NCBI RefSeq assembly: GCF_046119375.1
Contig: NW_027362763.1
Coordinates: 893,482,001 to 893,546,000, forward strand
DNA from: Phyllobates terribilis
Taxonomy: Eukaryota
Reading direction: 5' to 3'
Length of the DNA stretch: 64,000 nucleotides
Under the pieces are notes generated by a model. That model saw nothing but the letters and a program-made list of their open reading frames with translations, was not told where the DNA came from and made no database searches. Both the position numbers and the translations under genes were made by a program. Below are positions 33,851 to 46,282 of this stretch, one piece after another (the first letter of the stretch is position 1; each line of letters opens with the position of its first letter).

Positions 33851-36800
33851 TGACGCGCCCCCTGGGCCAGTGTTGTTTGGGGGATACCCGGAGCCGGATC
33901 AGATGGGGGTTGTAGTCTCCGAGTGGCGGTGACCCGGTCCGTGCCCAGGGTGTCAAGCTCAGTGTGTGGCAGTCCTACAGATGTTGCTGGATGTTCTTTA
34001 GTGTCGACTACGCCACCCGTTGATTTGCGGTCAATACGGCCGCCGCTGCAGCAGGGTCCGCTGAGGCTGGTGGTGTGTGTGCAGCTTCTGGTAGTATAAC
34101 CCCCAACGGGAGGGGTATAGCCTCAGGGGGTCAGTTGTAGAGGGTGGTGGTTGTGGTGGTGCACTGAGGATGGTATTAAGACTCAGAGTCGGGCTGTGCA
34201 GTTCAGGGTTTTTACTTACTGCTGTTGTTCTGGTCACTCCGGCCTTGAGTGACCGCCCGAGCCGTGCTGCGTCCACCAGGTCCTGGACTCGGCCAACCCC
34301 CAGGTAATTCTGGAGCATGATCCTGAGCTCCCTTTCTGTCGTTCCTTTTCTCTGGCCTTCCCCACCAGGGATCCACCTATGTCCGGCTCCCTCGGGTCTC
34401 TTGGTGGGTACACCTCTTCTGGGTTCCCTGACCCTATACTTGGTCTGCCTTCCTGGTGAATTTAGTGGGGGGTCGTGGCAGATCCTGCCCACAACCTCCG
34501 GTCTCTGGCTGAGGATTAGTGCCCTCCACCAGCTTGGGATCCGGTACCCTTGTGCCAACCCTTCACCCTGTTGCTTGTATTTGGGCTCTTGGGGTTCCCT
34601 CTTCTTCCCCTCTGGGTCCTTCTGACTCCTCTCTCTCTTCTTCCAGGACTGCTTGACCCTCTACAACAGACTGACTAGTAGCTGTCTGCCTGTCTGACTG
34701 TCTGACTGTCTGACCCTGATCTAAGATGGTTCCCACCTTATATACTCCCTCTATGTGTGAGCTCAGGTGACCAGCACCCAATGAGCTCCTAGCATTACCC
34801 AGACTGCTCCCCCTATCTGCCCCTACACTACTGGGATGTTCCAACCCCCTCCCACTCCAGCCAGGGACAGACACTATCGTACCTGCACATATACTGGTGG
34901 GAGTACCGTAGATCTGTCCCCCGGAAATGGGATGTATGTAGTGCATGCAGCCTACTGAGCTCAGTTCCACACTCCATCCTTACCCGGGAGTGGAATATCA
35001 CACCTCTGGCTTGAGGTGCAATACCCCTGTAGCAGCTGAATCCTCAGGGTGCTACATTCCCCCCTGGTAAATCACAGCACGTCCTCGGGCTGTAAGAGAA
35101 TAAAAACATCAAACATACAAATTTTTTTTCATAAAACATAAACATATAAAACATCATATATACTATCAGCATAAAACTTTTTATAAATAACATTCTTGTT
35201 CCTCCGGCCACGGTGCAACTTGTGACCGGGTAAAGTGCGACAGTCTCTTCAAGAAAAACAACAGTTTCCTATAAAACCGGTAGGGGGCGCCTTAGGAAGC
35301 GCAACTATATACAAGGGGATATGGCCGCTCTCAGTCCTCGGCCAGGTATAAGGAAGGAATGACCGCTCTCAGTCCTCGGTCAGTGGGATTAAGGGAAATA
35401 CAGGTTAACAGTTTACGCTTGTCCCAACGGGGACATATTTAAAGCAGCAACAGTTCACTGTACCCCGACAGGTAACTATTTACAGTCTCTTTACCGTACT
35501 TTAACGACAGCGTCCTCCTGCTCCTTCTTTATCTTCAGACCCGTCCGGGTCCTCTTGCTCCTCCTCACACCGCAGCTCCTCCTCCGTCAGGCGATGCACA
35601 TGGAGGGCGTAGGGTCCCTTGGCACACTTGTGCCGGGTGAACGTGACCTCGTCCCCTACGTACAGATCACGACCTCTGTGTCCCTCCGGCAGATGGCTTT
35701 CTACGTCTCTGCGGGTTACAAAGACGTCGCCGGGGGTATGATGGTCTTTTATGAAGCCCCACCCATGCTGCAGGTTGAATTTAATCACAGTCCCGGTGGT
35801 ACGGGGACCATGAGCTGCACGGGGGTTCCTCCTGGTCCGGCTCTTCTGCCCTGCGCTCTGTTCTTGCAGCCGCTGCTCTCGGGCCCGCCTCTCTCTCCGT
35901 TCTCGCTCGAAGTCTGCCAACTGCTGGCGGCAGCACTCCACTCGCTCTGCTGCGGCTGCCCGCGTTTCTTGAGTGAACCCCATGAGATCTCCTCCGGTGG
36001 GGTCCCACTCGAATTGTGCTTCTTCCAGCGGGAGCGGGGTTCTCCTGACGGGCTTCGGAGCCGGAATCAGGGGCTCGCACAGGGGCCTTGCTCTTTGGAG
36101 TTCCAGTTGGTAGTACTCCTGGGGCCATACAAAGGGCTGCCCATCCGGGCACGTGTGCTGGGCAAATAGATCTTCGCCCAGGTGCGGCACTCGAGATGTT
36201 GAGGGCGCGTTGATGGTAGCGGCGCCCGGGTTGACCAGGCCTTGCGACCAGGCTTGGGGCACCCTAAAGGTAAAGGGCACCGTAAGGACGGCGGCGCCCG
36301 GGGGTACTCGGCCCTGCGACCAGGCCGGTGGCTCCGCGGAGGTAGGGGGCGCTGTTGGAATTGCGGCGCCTGGAGGTACTAGACCTTGCGACCAGGCCGA
36401 TGGTATTTCCTGTTTGGTCGCGCTCAGGGTCGAGGCGTGTGACGTCACAGGGGTCGCGGCCGCGGCTTCTACTTGAGGCCTAGTCCGGCACGGTGACGAT
36501 GCAGCGATGGGCACGGCAGGGGGAATTTCGGGCTCTGCGACGGGGAGCTGGGACAGGTACACGGTTTCTCGGCTCGGGGTAGTGACGTCCCCTTTACCTG
36601 CCTCCGTCCGTTCAGCTCCCTCCTCGGCGCCGTCTCCGGCCTTCACTCCTCCTGCACCATCCTCAGAGGCGGTCTGTCTCCTCGTCTCGGGTGGCGTGCT
36701 CCGCTGACGGGTTCCGGTCTGCTGGGCCATCTCACGGCTCCACTCCGTCAGCGTGTCTTGCTGCACCTGGGCCATCCTCCGTGCGAGGCCCTCCAGCGCG

Positions 36801-38672
36801 GTCTGTGCACACTCCCGGTCTCGGGGGAGCTGTGCCAGGATCTCCACTAAGCCTAGTGGGGTTGTTGCTTGCAGCAAGCTCCTGACCACTGGGTCGGTGC
36901 TGCCTGTCTCTCCCTCCATCTCCGGGTACGCTTTCTCTGGACTCCTCTCCAGACTTCTTGTCTCCGGGTGCGCTCTCTTCAGACTCCTCCAGGCTGCACC
37001 CATCTTCGTTCTTCTGTTCAGTCTCCGCCCACATCGAGGGTGGTCCCGGGGCAACTTTGTGATTGTCAGTTCCAGGGGCAGTTCTCTTACGCTGATGGAC
37101 ACTTCCAGCATCACAGTCTCTGTTGGTGGGCGCGGTTTCCGCTTTTGGCGCCATTCTTCGACCTGGCCCACGATGGGAGGTGGCCTCTTGCCACCCTCTG
37201 GCACGCCCATAATGGCGTCCGCTCTTCCAAGGCGGGAAATCTTTGGAAATGGCGAGAATCGCCTCCCAGTGGCGGGAAACTCCATGGATGGCGGGAAAAA
37301 GCTGCAAATGGCGGACAACCGGCGGGAATCGACCTGTGATGGGGTCCGTTGGCGGGGACCCTCCGGAACCGGCGGAAGACTTCTTTTTGAGGTAACGGTG
37401 AACTTTTCTTCAGGCACGCAGTACCCGGTTGTTGCGGGCACGTAATCCTGCCGACTACGCCAAAGTTGACGCGCCCCCTGGTCCAGTGTTGTTTGGGGGA
37501 TACCCGGAGCCGGATCAGATGGGGGTTGTAGTCTCCGAGTGGCGGTGACCCGGTCCGTGCCCAGGGTGTCAAGCTCAGTGTGTGGCAGTCCTACAGATGT
37601 TGCTGGATGTTCTTTAGTGTCGACTACGCCACCCGTTGATTTGCGGTCAATACGGCCGCCGCTGCAGCAGGGTCCGCTGAGGCTGGTGGTGTGTGTGCAG
37701 CTTCTGGTAGTATAACCCCCAACGGGAGGGGTATAGCCTCAGGGGGTCAGTTGTAGAGGGTGGTGGTTGTGGTGGTGCAGTGAGGATGGTATTAAGACTC
37801 AGAGTCGGGCTGTGCAGTTCAGGGTTTTTACTTACTGCTGTTGTTCTGGTCACTCCGGCCTTGAGTGACCGCCCGAGCCGTGCTGCGTCCACCAGGTCCT
37901 GGACTCGGCCAACCCCCAGGTAATTCTGGAGCGTGATCCTGAGCTCCCTTTCTGTTGTTCCTTTTCTCTGGCCTTCCCCACCAGGGATCCACCTATGTCC
38001 GGCTCCCTCGGGTCTCTTGGTGGGTACACCTCTTCTGGGTTCCCTGACCCTATACTTGGTCTGCCTTCCTGGTGGATTTAGTGGGGGGTCGTGGCAGATC
38101 CTGCCCACAACCTCCGGTCTCTGGCTGAGGATTAGTGCCCTCCACCAGCTTGGGATCCGGTACCCTTGTGCCAACCCTTCACCCTGTTGCTTGTATTTGG
38201 GCTCTTGGGGTTCCCTCTTCTTCCCCTCTGGGTCCTTCTGACTCCTCTCTCTCTTCTTCCAGGACTGCTTGACCCTCTACAACAGACTGACTAGTAGCTG
38301 TCTGCCTGTCTGACTGTCTGACTGTCTGACCCTGATCTAAGATGGTTCCCACCTTATATACTCCCTCTATGTGTGAGCTCAGGTGACCAGCACCCAATGA
38401 GCTCCTAGCATTACCCAGACTGCTCCCCCTATCTGCCCCTACACTACTGGGATGTTCCAACCCCCTCCCACTCCAGCCAGGGACAGACACTATCGTACCT
38501 GCACATATACTGGTGGGAGTACCGTAGATCTGTCCCCCGGAAATGGGATGTATGTAGTGCATGCAGCCTACTGAGCTCAGTTCCACACTCCATCCTTACC
38601 CGGGAGTGGAATATCACACCTCTGGCTTGAGGTGCAATACCCCTGTAGCAGCCGAATCCTCAGGGTGCTACA
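33851..38672 (-). mobile_element. Non-autonomous LTR retroelement (1206-bp LTRs) carrying one cold-shock-domain ORF
   Basis: LTRs 33851-35056 and 37467-38672 with about 6 differences by eye. TSD CTAG (33847-33850 / 38673-38676). tRNA-Ser PBS 37445-37462. PPT AGGGGGGAA 35057-35065. No pol. Confidence 0.95.
35501..37441 (-). CDS. Retroelement-encoded protein with 24-aa repeats, coiled-coil/Arg-rich segment, C-terminal cold-shock domain and acidic tail (first ATG 37285, 594 aa)
   Basis: Open 646-codon frame filling the internal region. TGTVIKFNLQHGWGFIKD...DVFVT...LYVGDEVTFT..KGPYALHV contains RNP1- and RNP2-like CSD motifs (35588-35800). Confidence 0.8.
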   Translation of the reverse strand: MPATTGYCVPEEKFTVTSKRSLPPVPEGPRQRTPSQVDSRRLSAICSFFPPSMEFPATGRRFSPFPKISRLGRADAIMGVPEGGKRPPPIVGQVEEWRQKRKPRPPTETVMLEVSISVRELPLELTITKLPRDHPRCGRRLNRRTKMGAAWRSLKRAHPETRSLERSPEKAYPEMEGETGSTDPVVRSLLQATTPLGLVEILAQLPRDRECAQTALEGLARRMAQVQQDTLTEWSREMAQQTGTRQRSTPPETRRQTASEDGAGGVKAGDGAEEGAERTEAGKGDVTTPSRETVYLSQLPVAEPEIPPAVPIAASSPCRTRPQVEAAAATPVTSHASTLSATKQEIPSAWSQGLVPPGAAIPTAPPTSAEPPAWSQGRVPPGAAVLTVPFTFRVPQAWSQGLVNPGAATINAPSTSRVPHLGEDLFAQHTCPDGQPFVWPQEYYQLELQRARPLCEPLIPAPKPVRRTPLPLEEAQFEWDPTGGDLMGFTQETRAAAAERVECCRQQLADFERERRERRAREQRLQEQSAGQKSRTRRNPRAAHGPRTTGTVIKFNLQHGWGFIKDHHTPGDVFVTRRDVESHLPEGHRGRDLYVGDEVTFTRHKCAKGPYALHVHRLTEEELRCEEEQEDPDGSEDKEGAGGRCR

Positions 38673-39459
38673 CTAGCATGAGCCGAGTGTCAGTGCTCCG
38701 ATCCTCTTGTATGAGAGGATCGCAGCACAGCTGCAGAGAAGACGGTGAAATTAATTGCTGCCATCAGTGGGAATTGCACTGCACTCGGTGATATCCGAGT
38801 GTAGTGTGATATTTCACATGCACTCATAGTTTTACATGGGTGCATGTGATCCGAATTCCGCATGCAATCGCAACATGCTGCATTTTTTCCCCGTCCTATA
38901 GTGATCCGATCGGAGCAAAAAAAAACGCCATTGAGAACACAAGCATAGGATAAATTTTTTAATCGGATTGCATTAGTCTGATTTAAATTTAAGTGTGATC
39001 GAGCTCTTAGAGACAGGCCAGGACACACAGGTTGGATAGCATCCAGTATACTGGCTTAGTCTGGAGATAACACACAGGAGGCCTTTTTACCTCCACACAC
39101 ACAGACCATATGTCAAACAGATGCCATTTTACCATGAGAACCACACTCAGGGGTGGTATGTGGGCAGCCAGACCCGCCCATCTCTCAGGCTGCCCATTAA
39201 ACCTGGCCCAGATGCACAAAACAAGCCTCCTAGTACTATGTGCACTAGAGCTTTACCCCAGGTTTACATCACAGATGACAACCACGTTCGTGATACATAC
39301 CTCCCACCAACTATGTGTCTGGCAGCCACCTTGCACATAATTTTTATGCAGATTTTCCAACTCCATACTGTATAAACTTGAATGCTTATTGGCTTGAAGT
39401 AGATTAAGGGATGTGTATTTGTGTATTGAGGGATGGTGTGGCCTAAGGATATCAACACC

Positions 39460-40120
39460 CTTTATCATGGAGTGCAGAATTATTAGGCAGTTTGATTTCC
39501 TCAAGCAAAATGGCCATAAAAAGTGATTTACCTGACTGAAAAGTCAAAAAATGTTAAAAATCTTAAAGATGGATGCAGCTCTCTTGAAATTGCTAAGATA
39601 TTGGGGCATGATCAGAGAACCATCAAAAGTTTTGTTCTAAATAGTCAACAGGGTCGCAACAAATATGTTGTGAAAAACTGCACATTAACTGCCAAAGATT
39701 TCATATGTATCAAACGTGAATCGACCAGGAATCCAACATCCTCCAGAGCTGCTATATTCCAGAATTGCTCAGAAGTACAAGGTGTTCAGCGCTCAGACAT
39801 GGCCAAGATGAGGAAGGCTGAAACCCGACCAAACTGAAAAAGACACATATGTTAAAACATCAAAACTGGGCCAAGAAATATTTGAAGTCAGATTTTCAAA
39901 GGTATTATGGACTGATGAGATAATAGTGACTGCTGACAAACCAGATGGACCGTGACTGGATCAGTAATGGGCACTGACCTCCACATCGACTTTTTCGCCA
40001 GCAGGGTGGAGATGAAGTATTGCTATTGGCTGGTATTATGAAAGATGAGCCAGTTGGACCTTTTCAGGTTGAAGATGGACTCAAAATCAACTCCCAAACC
40101 TACTACCAGTTTTTAGAACT
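39460..40120 (+). mobile_element. Degenerate Tc1/TRT-like fragment
   Basis: GTGCAGAATTATTAGGCA TIR-like start (also seen at ~33549). Broken frames contain VLWTDE and RQQGGDEV..AGIM..VGPFQV..GLKINSQTYYQFL. Confidence 0.7.
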
Positions 40121-40479
40121 TTTTTAATTTAGTATAGAAGGAGGGAGTTCCAGTGTGCAGATCTTCCTTAAAAATAATTATTTAATATTATACAATTGCT
40201 AAAACTCTGATGCTTGTTTCCTCTGTCCCCTCCCGCCAAACACAACCAGAGAGAGATTATCCTCTTCATCTTCTGACTGTTGCTGGCCCATCACCTCTTC
40301 CTCTTCCATTTGTTCCTAGCCTCTTGCACCTTCACTAACAGTTTTTCTGATATCATCAACCCCGCTAGATTGCAGTGAACCACCCTGCCTTGGCACCCTG
40401 AGATGTGCCCTAGTGTATAGATGAGGCCTGTATAACCTAGGAGATATGCTACAAACTGGGATGTCCATGATCTGTCTTG

Positions 40480-41587
40480 CGACAGATAAAAATACTTTTT
40501 GTACTCTGGCTAGCAACAGAAAAAATCTATTTCTTTACTCTGAAAAAAACTGAAGTTCGACACCACTAAAGTAGTAGTTGGCGTATGGCAGACTCTATCA
40601 CACATGTCACAGAAAAGTATATTTTTTGGTCTCTGGCTAGCAACAGAAAAAATCTATTTTTTTACTCTGAAAACAGCTGAAGTTCAACTCCATTAAAGTA
40701 GTAGGTGGCTTTTAGCAGAGTGTATTACGTTTGCGACACAAAAAAATCTTCTGTGGACTCTGTCTAGCAACACAAAAAATATATTTTTTTTACTGTGCAT
40801 ACAGCTGAATTTCACCCACAAAAAATGACAAAGTGGATGACTATAGCTTGCACTATCACATTAGCAAATGGAAAAAAAGTTTTTTTTTGCTCTGCACGCA
40901 GAAGCTCTGCAGAGTATGCATTGCATACAGCTGAATTTCAACCACACAAAATCAAAAGGTGGGCTACAAGGGCTTGCTTGCTTGCTTTATCACATTAGCA
41001 AGTGAAAAAATAGATTGAAGGCATACTCATGCATACAGCACATTACAAGCAGTGCGCAACACATTTATATGCCATGGGCCCTGTTGTTTCTGTCTGCAAG
41101 ATCGATTTCACATGTACACAGCACAGGACTTATCTACACTATCTGACTTACAAACAAGCATCCATCTATCTACCTAATATCTGTCATTAAACACAGGAGC
41201 ACACTGAGCAGCAGCCTCTATCACGAGTGACATGCATAAAATGGCACTGAGAGACCATGTCCGCTCTTTATATAGAGAGGACATGTGATTTCAGCAGCCA
41301 ATGGCAGAAGTCCTTGTGTCTGGACAGTGTGGATGCTTCCTACGCTCTGATTGGCTAGCCGCGCTTTCCTCCCCGCTTATCATACAAAAGCACTATGCTA
41401 GCCAAACTGTTAAAAACGCAGATTGTTTCCCGCAATCATGTTCCCGCACTTATTCGCTGAATTTTGCCAATTTTTCCGAATTGAAGTAAAAATTCTCGCC
41501 TTTCCAATCACGAATCTGAATCTGCCACATTCGTGCCAAATTTAGCTTTTGAGATCGGATTTCAATCTCGATATTCGCACATCTCTA
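40480..41587. mobile_element. Non-autonomous hAT remnant with ~130-bp degenerate tandem units
   Basis: Ends ATATTCGCACATCTCTA (reverse complement TAGAGATGTGCG). CTCTGGCTAGCAACAGAAAAAATC recurs at ~40500, ~40630 and ~40760. The other end was not found. Confidence 0.55.
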
Positions 41588-41931
41588 ATCTATTGTGACA
41601 GTGTCTACCCACTATAACTCTATCTGACCCCGCTGATGTGCTAGAGGGGGACAAGAGTTAGGATCATGTTTACAGAAGTGGGTGGACTCCAAGCAGAGGA
41701 TGAGGCCTCTTGGCATCTGGCGCCCTCATCTCATATGCCATGTAGCAGCTGTGTGCTCTAGTTCCATTGGAGGTATGCCACTGGTTCTTCTCCTCTTCCT
41801 CTTTCTACTCTCAAGCCCTGGAGCCTACTGGGGAAAAGGCAGTGAGGATCATAAAAGAGAAGCAAAACTTTGAATGAACAGCAGAGATAAACATATACAA
41901 AATTGTCCTTGTGCCCTTTGAGTGAGGCACT

Positions 41932-42880
41932 TGACGCGCCCCCTGGGCCATGGGGTACTCGATACTCGGTCTGTGACCCAGGGCGGTCAATAAAAGGGGA
42001 ATTTGGGAAAGGGGATTATAGTTTTTATATAATGTTCGTGACGCCACCTGTGGTATGCGGCTATATGGAGCCGTCGCTGCGGTGCAGAACCTCAGGAGCC
42101 GATGATGACGCAGCAGAGTTGGTTCAGCTCTCCACAGGCAGAGCTTAGCTCCAGGGCAGGAAGTAGTGATTTTATAGATGTTGCTATGCTGTGTAGTGCA
42201 GAGTATGGCGCAGTTAATAATCAGTCCACAACTTAATGGCGGTTTCCTCTTATATTTACTTGCGGGTATTAGCTGGTAGTAGAGGTCCGGGCGGCCTGGA
42301 AGCAAGTTGGGAATCCACCTCACCAGGTGAGTTTGGAGGTCTTCCCTTTGCGCTAATCTCTTTGGCCCTGCTGCTTGTAGCTATGCCGTGGCCCTCGTCC
42401 CTGAGTAAAACGTCTTTGTGCTCACCCGTATGGCAGGCAGCTCGGGCCTTCCTGGAGTGTCGCTCCCACATGGCAGTGCTGGGCCCTATGTGCTGCAGAG
42501 CATCCGGGCGTCGGATGGAGCCAGGAGACCTGCAGTCTCCTGCCCTCCGGTTTCTGCTGCTGGGCCTTCAGTGCCCCACAACCTCGGACTCCGGTGTCTG
42601 GTTCTTTTACGCTCCTCTCTGGGGTGAACTGCTATGCAGCTCCAGTCCCCAGGTCTTTCCTCTTCGCTCTCCTGACTTCAACTCAACTCACTAACTCTTG
42701 CTAACCCCGCCTTCAGATTCCAGTTGCTAAGGGGAGGAGCTCCCCTTGCTGGTCTGGAGCCAGGAATGTATTGTATGCTAGTAAACCTGATTAGGGGACC
42801 CCTCCTTGCTTCCAGGCATGGCATCACCCCTTGTGAGGGAGGCAATGCCACTGTGGCAACCGGACTCCTGGGGTGCCACA
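41932..42880 (-). mobile_element. Solo LTR (949 bp) of the same tRNA-Ser LTR group, ~1.4 kb upstream of the VIP promoter
   Basis: TGACGCGCCCCCTGGGCCA...GGGTGCCACA with TSD CACT (41928-41931 / 42881-42884). Confidence 0.9.
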
Positions 42881-44241
42881 CACTTAAACGCTATCCTTGT
42901 GACTCTCAAGCAAAAACCCTCAGCATTTTTTGGGGTGGACTACTAACCATACATAAACCATTAAAGGGGTGGTCTAAAGTCAAAGTAAATTTCATTCTAA
43001 ATCCCTATCTACACTGTATTTAGTACCATAATCTAAGCTATTTTCTAATATACTTGCATTTAAAATTCCCTATCGTTCCCGACCTACACTGTCTAACTGC
43101 TATTCTATTTTTTTTTTTCTCTTCATTTCTCCCTGAAATGAAGCGTAATCAGTGAAAGGGCTGATTCCTACTGTGTCCCTGCACACTGTGCACTGCTATA
43201 AGCACAATCACAGCTTGCGCTCTGTTGTCGGCTCAGCTCAGTAATAACCAGCCGGCAACAGAGCGATATCACAATACCCTGCCTGCAGAAGACTAGTCAC
43301 ATATGCAGTTTCCTCCCAGCCAGATTTTAAAAAAAAAGATTAATTGGTTAATAGGTGTTCTATGAAATTTGCCCTAATATATGCATCAGAAATAGAAATA
43401 AACAGATTGTGAGCCCCAATGGACAGGGATGTGAGAGATAGATCGATCGATCGATAGATATGGCTGTGGAGTATTCTGGCATCATATCATATACACAGAA
43501 GAAAATAAAAAAACAGAATAAGCAAATAAATAAGTAATGCTCCTGTATGGTGGTACAAGTTGCACACATCATTTTTCCTCCCTGATGTGCAGTATAGAAT
43601 TATCTGCACAATGATGTACATTAAATAGTGAAGCTAGACATGGACACTAATGAAACCTTCCCTAATACCTATAGATCTTGTGCTATGTGAAGCACCTATA
43701 CAGGATTGCAAGCTAATGTTTTACAATATACATCGCCAAAGAATCTGGAGGTGCAATTTAGATTGTAAAATGATAATGTGTTTAGAAATGGCAACAATTT
43801 GAACACAAGTAGAGATACATTTTATAAATGAGATGTTAGGTGCTTTGTGTCAGCCAAATATTCAAGCTTAATTAAAATCCTTTCTGTGAATCAAATAGAA
43901 TCAATAAATCAATCTTCCCCTGGTAATAAATAAGCCCCTGCAGTGTGGATGTGCAGAATTAATTATAGGGGGACCCAAGTATAGCCCTGTGTAATGTATA
44001 CTATGTCTACAGCAGCCAGGCTGGCATGTAATCATCTGTTGTGCGACCACTTGTTGTGTGGTCCAGTTACAAGGGGAGATCTGCTAATGACATTGTGGAT
44101 GTGCAATCATTCATTACCTAAGTAAATTACCCGCTACATAGTTATGTATTGTGAAATCCATTGATCACTCAGGGACTTCAGCTGCAGTCCTAAGCAAGGA
44201 GGTGATGACGACTTTTTAGTGTAACCTCCTGGGATGTGGAG

Positions 44242-44249
44242 TGACGTCT
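44242..44249. promoter_or_regulatory. cAMP-response element of the VIP promoter
   Basis: GTGACGTCTT ~80 nt upstream of a TATA-like TATTAAA (44323-44329). Mammalian VIP has a proximal TGACGTCTT CRE. Confidence 0.7.
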
Positions 44250-44349
44250 TCACATAAGCCACTTGAGTTAGTCTTGTTGACCAGCCCTTCTCTCCCACTC
44301 GTTTTATAGGAGCATGTTTCAGTATTAAATGAGACGTTCCCAGGCTGGC

Positions 44350-44580
44350 TGAGAAGTGCACAGAGTGTGCAGCGCAGGAGGAGAGCATCCAACATCACAG
44401 GCAACTTCCAGCAGCAGCATCAGCAGCAGCAGCAGCAGCACATCTGTCTGCCCTCCACAGACTTGCCTGAGAGTTTCAGCACCAGGGATAGAGCCTCGTC
44501 ATTTTTTAAAAAAAGGACCTTCTGAAAAGTCAGCACTGGTTTAAGGACATACAACTGGGGAAAGGGAAACTGCACTTTAA
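44350..44580 (+). other. vip: VIP exon 1 (5' UTR), start approximate
   Basis: Lies downstream of the CRE and TATA-like motifs and ends at the strong donor AA|GTAAGT (44581). Contains a CAG repeat. Confidence 0.6.
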
Positions 44581-45104
44581 GTAAGTAAGAAAACCTTCAC
44601 CTGTTCACATTCTGTACTGCAGAGAACTCAAAGTAGCTGCTGAAATCTTCAGGAGACATGTTCATGAACTTCTCGATTAACTTCTGAGAAAATATGCAGA
44701 CACGCTAGATATTATATAGTTCTATAGATGTGAAATGTGAGATATAGAATAGAGGTTAAGTATCAGACATTGATTTGAAGTATAAGAAAAAAGAAATAAT
44801 ATATTGCTAAACATTTGATTATTAAATGTGATGATCTATAAAGTTGAGTAAAAAGCAATTGCTTTTCTTATATGTACCGATATACATACATATGTTCTAT
44901 ATTATAGATAATAGTTACATAGATTCATAAATATAAAATAGAACACAGTTATGTTTGAAACATATATCATTTTTTTTATACATATGATAAACATTAAGGA
45001 TAATGAAAGGACAGATATGACATACGTGATGATGAATGAATAGCGTATATATATATGTATGTATACATATATTATTCATAGTTTTAAAATATGATATAGC
45101 TGTC

Positions 45105-45443
45105 NNNNNNNNNNNNNNNNNNNNNNNNNNNNNNNNNNNNNNNNNNNNNNNNNNNNNNNNNNNNNNNNNNNNNNNNNNNNNNNNNNNNNNNNNNNNNNNN
45201 NNNNNNNNNNNNNNNNNNNNNNNNNNNNNNNNNNNNNNNNNNNNNNNNNNNNNNNNNNNNNNNNNNNNNNNNNNNNNNNNNNNNNNNNNNNNNNNNNNNN
45301 NNNNNNNNNNNNNNNNNNNNNNNNNNNNNNNNNNNNNNNNNNNNNNNNNNNNNNNNNNNNNNNNNNNNNNNNNNNNNNNNNNNNNNNNNNNNNNNNNNNN
45401 NNNNNNNNNNNNNNNNNNNNNNNNNNNNNNNNNNNNNNNNNNA
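45105..45443. other. Assembly gap (N run) in VIP intron 1
   Basis: Run of Ns. Confidence 0.99.
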
Positions 45444-46175
45444 AATTTCAAATATATCAGATTGAAAATTAGACTTAACATACATTATGATGAATGGATG
45501 GATACATTAAAACATAGCAAGTTACTGTAGATTAGATTGAGATAGACAGATAAATAACAGGTGTTACATATATTGCTTATAGTTATATATGTGATCTCTA
45601 GATAGATATATTAGGAGACAGATAAAAATATTCAAGCATCGCCAGTCCAAACAATTACTTGGGTACATGCCTTCATCCCCGAACCACTGACTATTATATG
45701 CAAACTCCAAAAAGATCAGGCTTGTAAGAAGCTCACAGTGCATTGTGCCAAACCGTTGTCACATTTTATAAGTTAATAAAGTCAGTTTTGTCACCTCTTT
45801 TTTTCCCTGGAGTGCTGCTTGATCTTTTTGGAGCTAGGAGATGATAGATAGATAAATAGATAGATATTATAGCTACATAATACATCTGATATAGAAGTAT
45901 TTGAAATATAATCAATAGTTTAATAAATAAACACCTTTATGCAGGTAAACTTCTATACAAGTAGTTATGAAGATAATGCCGTCATTAAGATAATTATAAA
46001 TACAGTCATTAATAGTGATAACAGAACATGTATATAGAATAAATACACATTGATAGTTTATGTTATATATTTTTTATATTTTCTATTAATTTTGTTATCA
46101 AAGTTTCAATTTCATTGGGAGCATTGAAATCAAGAAATGATGACAAATTTCTTCTTTTCTATCAGGGTTGAAGCA

Positions 46176-46282
46176 ATGGAACATAGAAGCATTTTCCACC
46201 TTATGGTGTCTTTTACCCTGTTCAGTGTTTTCTACCTTCGAGCACAGGCGTTACCTCCTTTGGGGACGTATTCTAATAGCAG
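46176..46282 (+). CDS. vip: Prepro-VIP coding exon 1 (gene exon 2; signal peptide)
   Basis: Acceptor at 46164-46165, ATG 46176, MEHRSIFHLMVSFTLFSVFYLRAQALPPLGTYSNS, donor AG|GTAAG. 107 nt, phase 2. Confidence 0.9.

Noticed and set aside
34031-34970. ORFs of 100-175 aa in LTRs (also 5586-5963, 7085-7723, 27412-28013, 37647-38586) and antisense ORFs over the CSD ORF (35555-36169, 36732-37445)
   Set aside because: GC-rich, stop-poor LTR sequence or shadow frames with no recognisable domain. They recur only because the LTRs are duplicated.
44915-45530. ORFs of 133-188 aa listed in the ORF track
   Set aside because: Artefacts of reading through the N gap.
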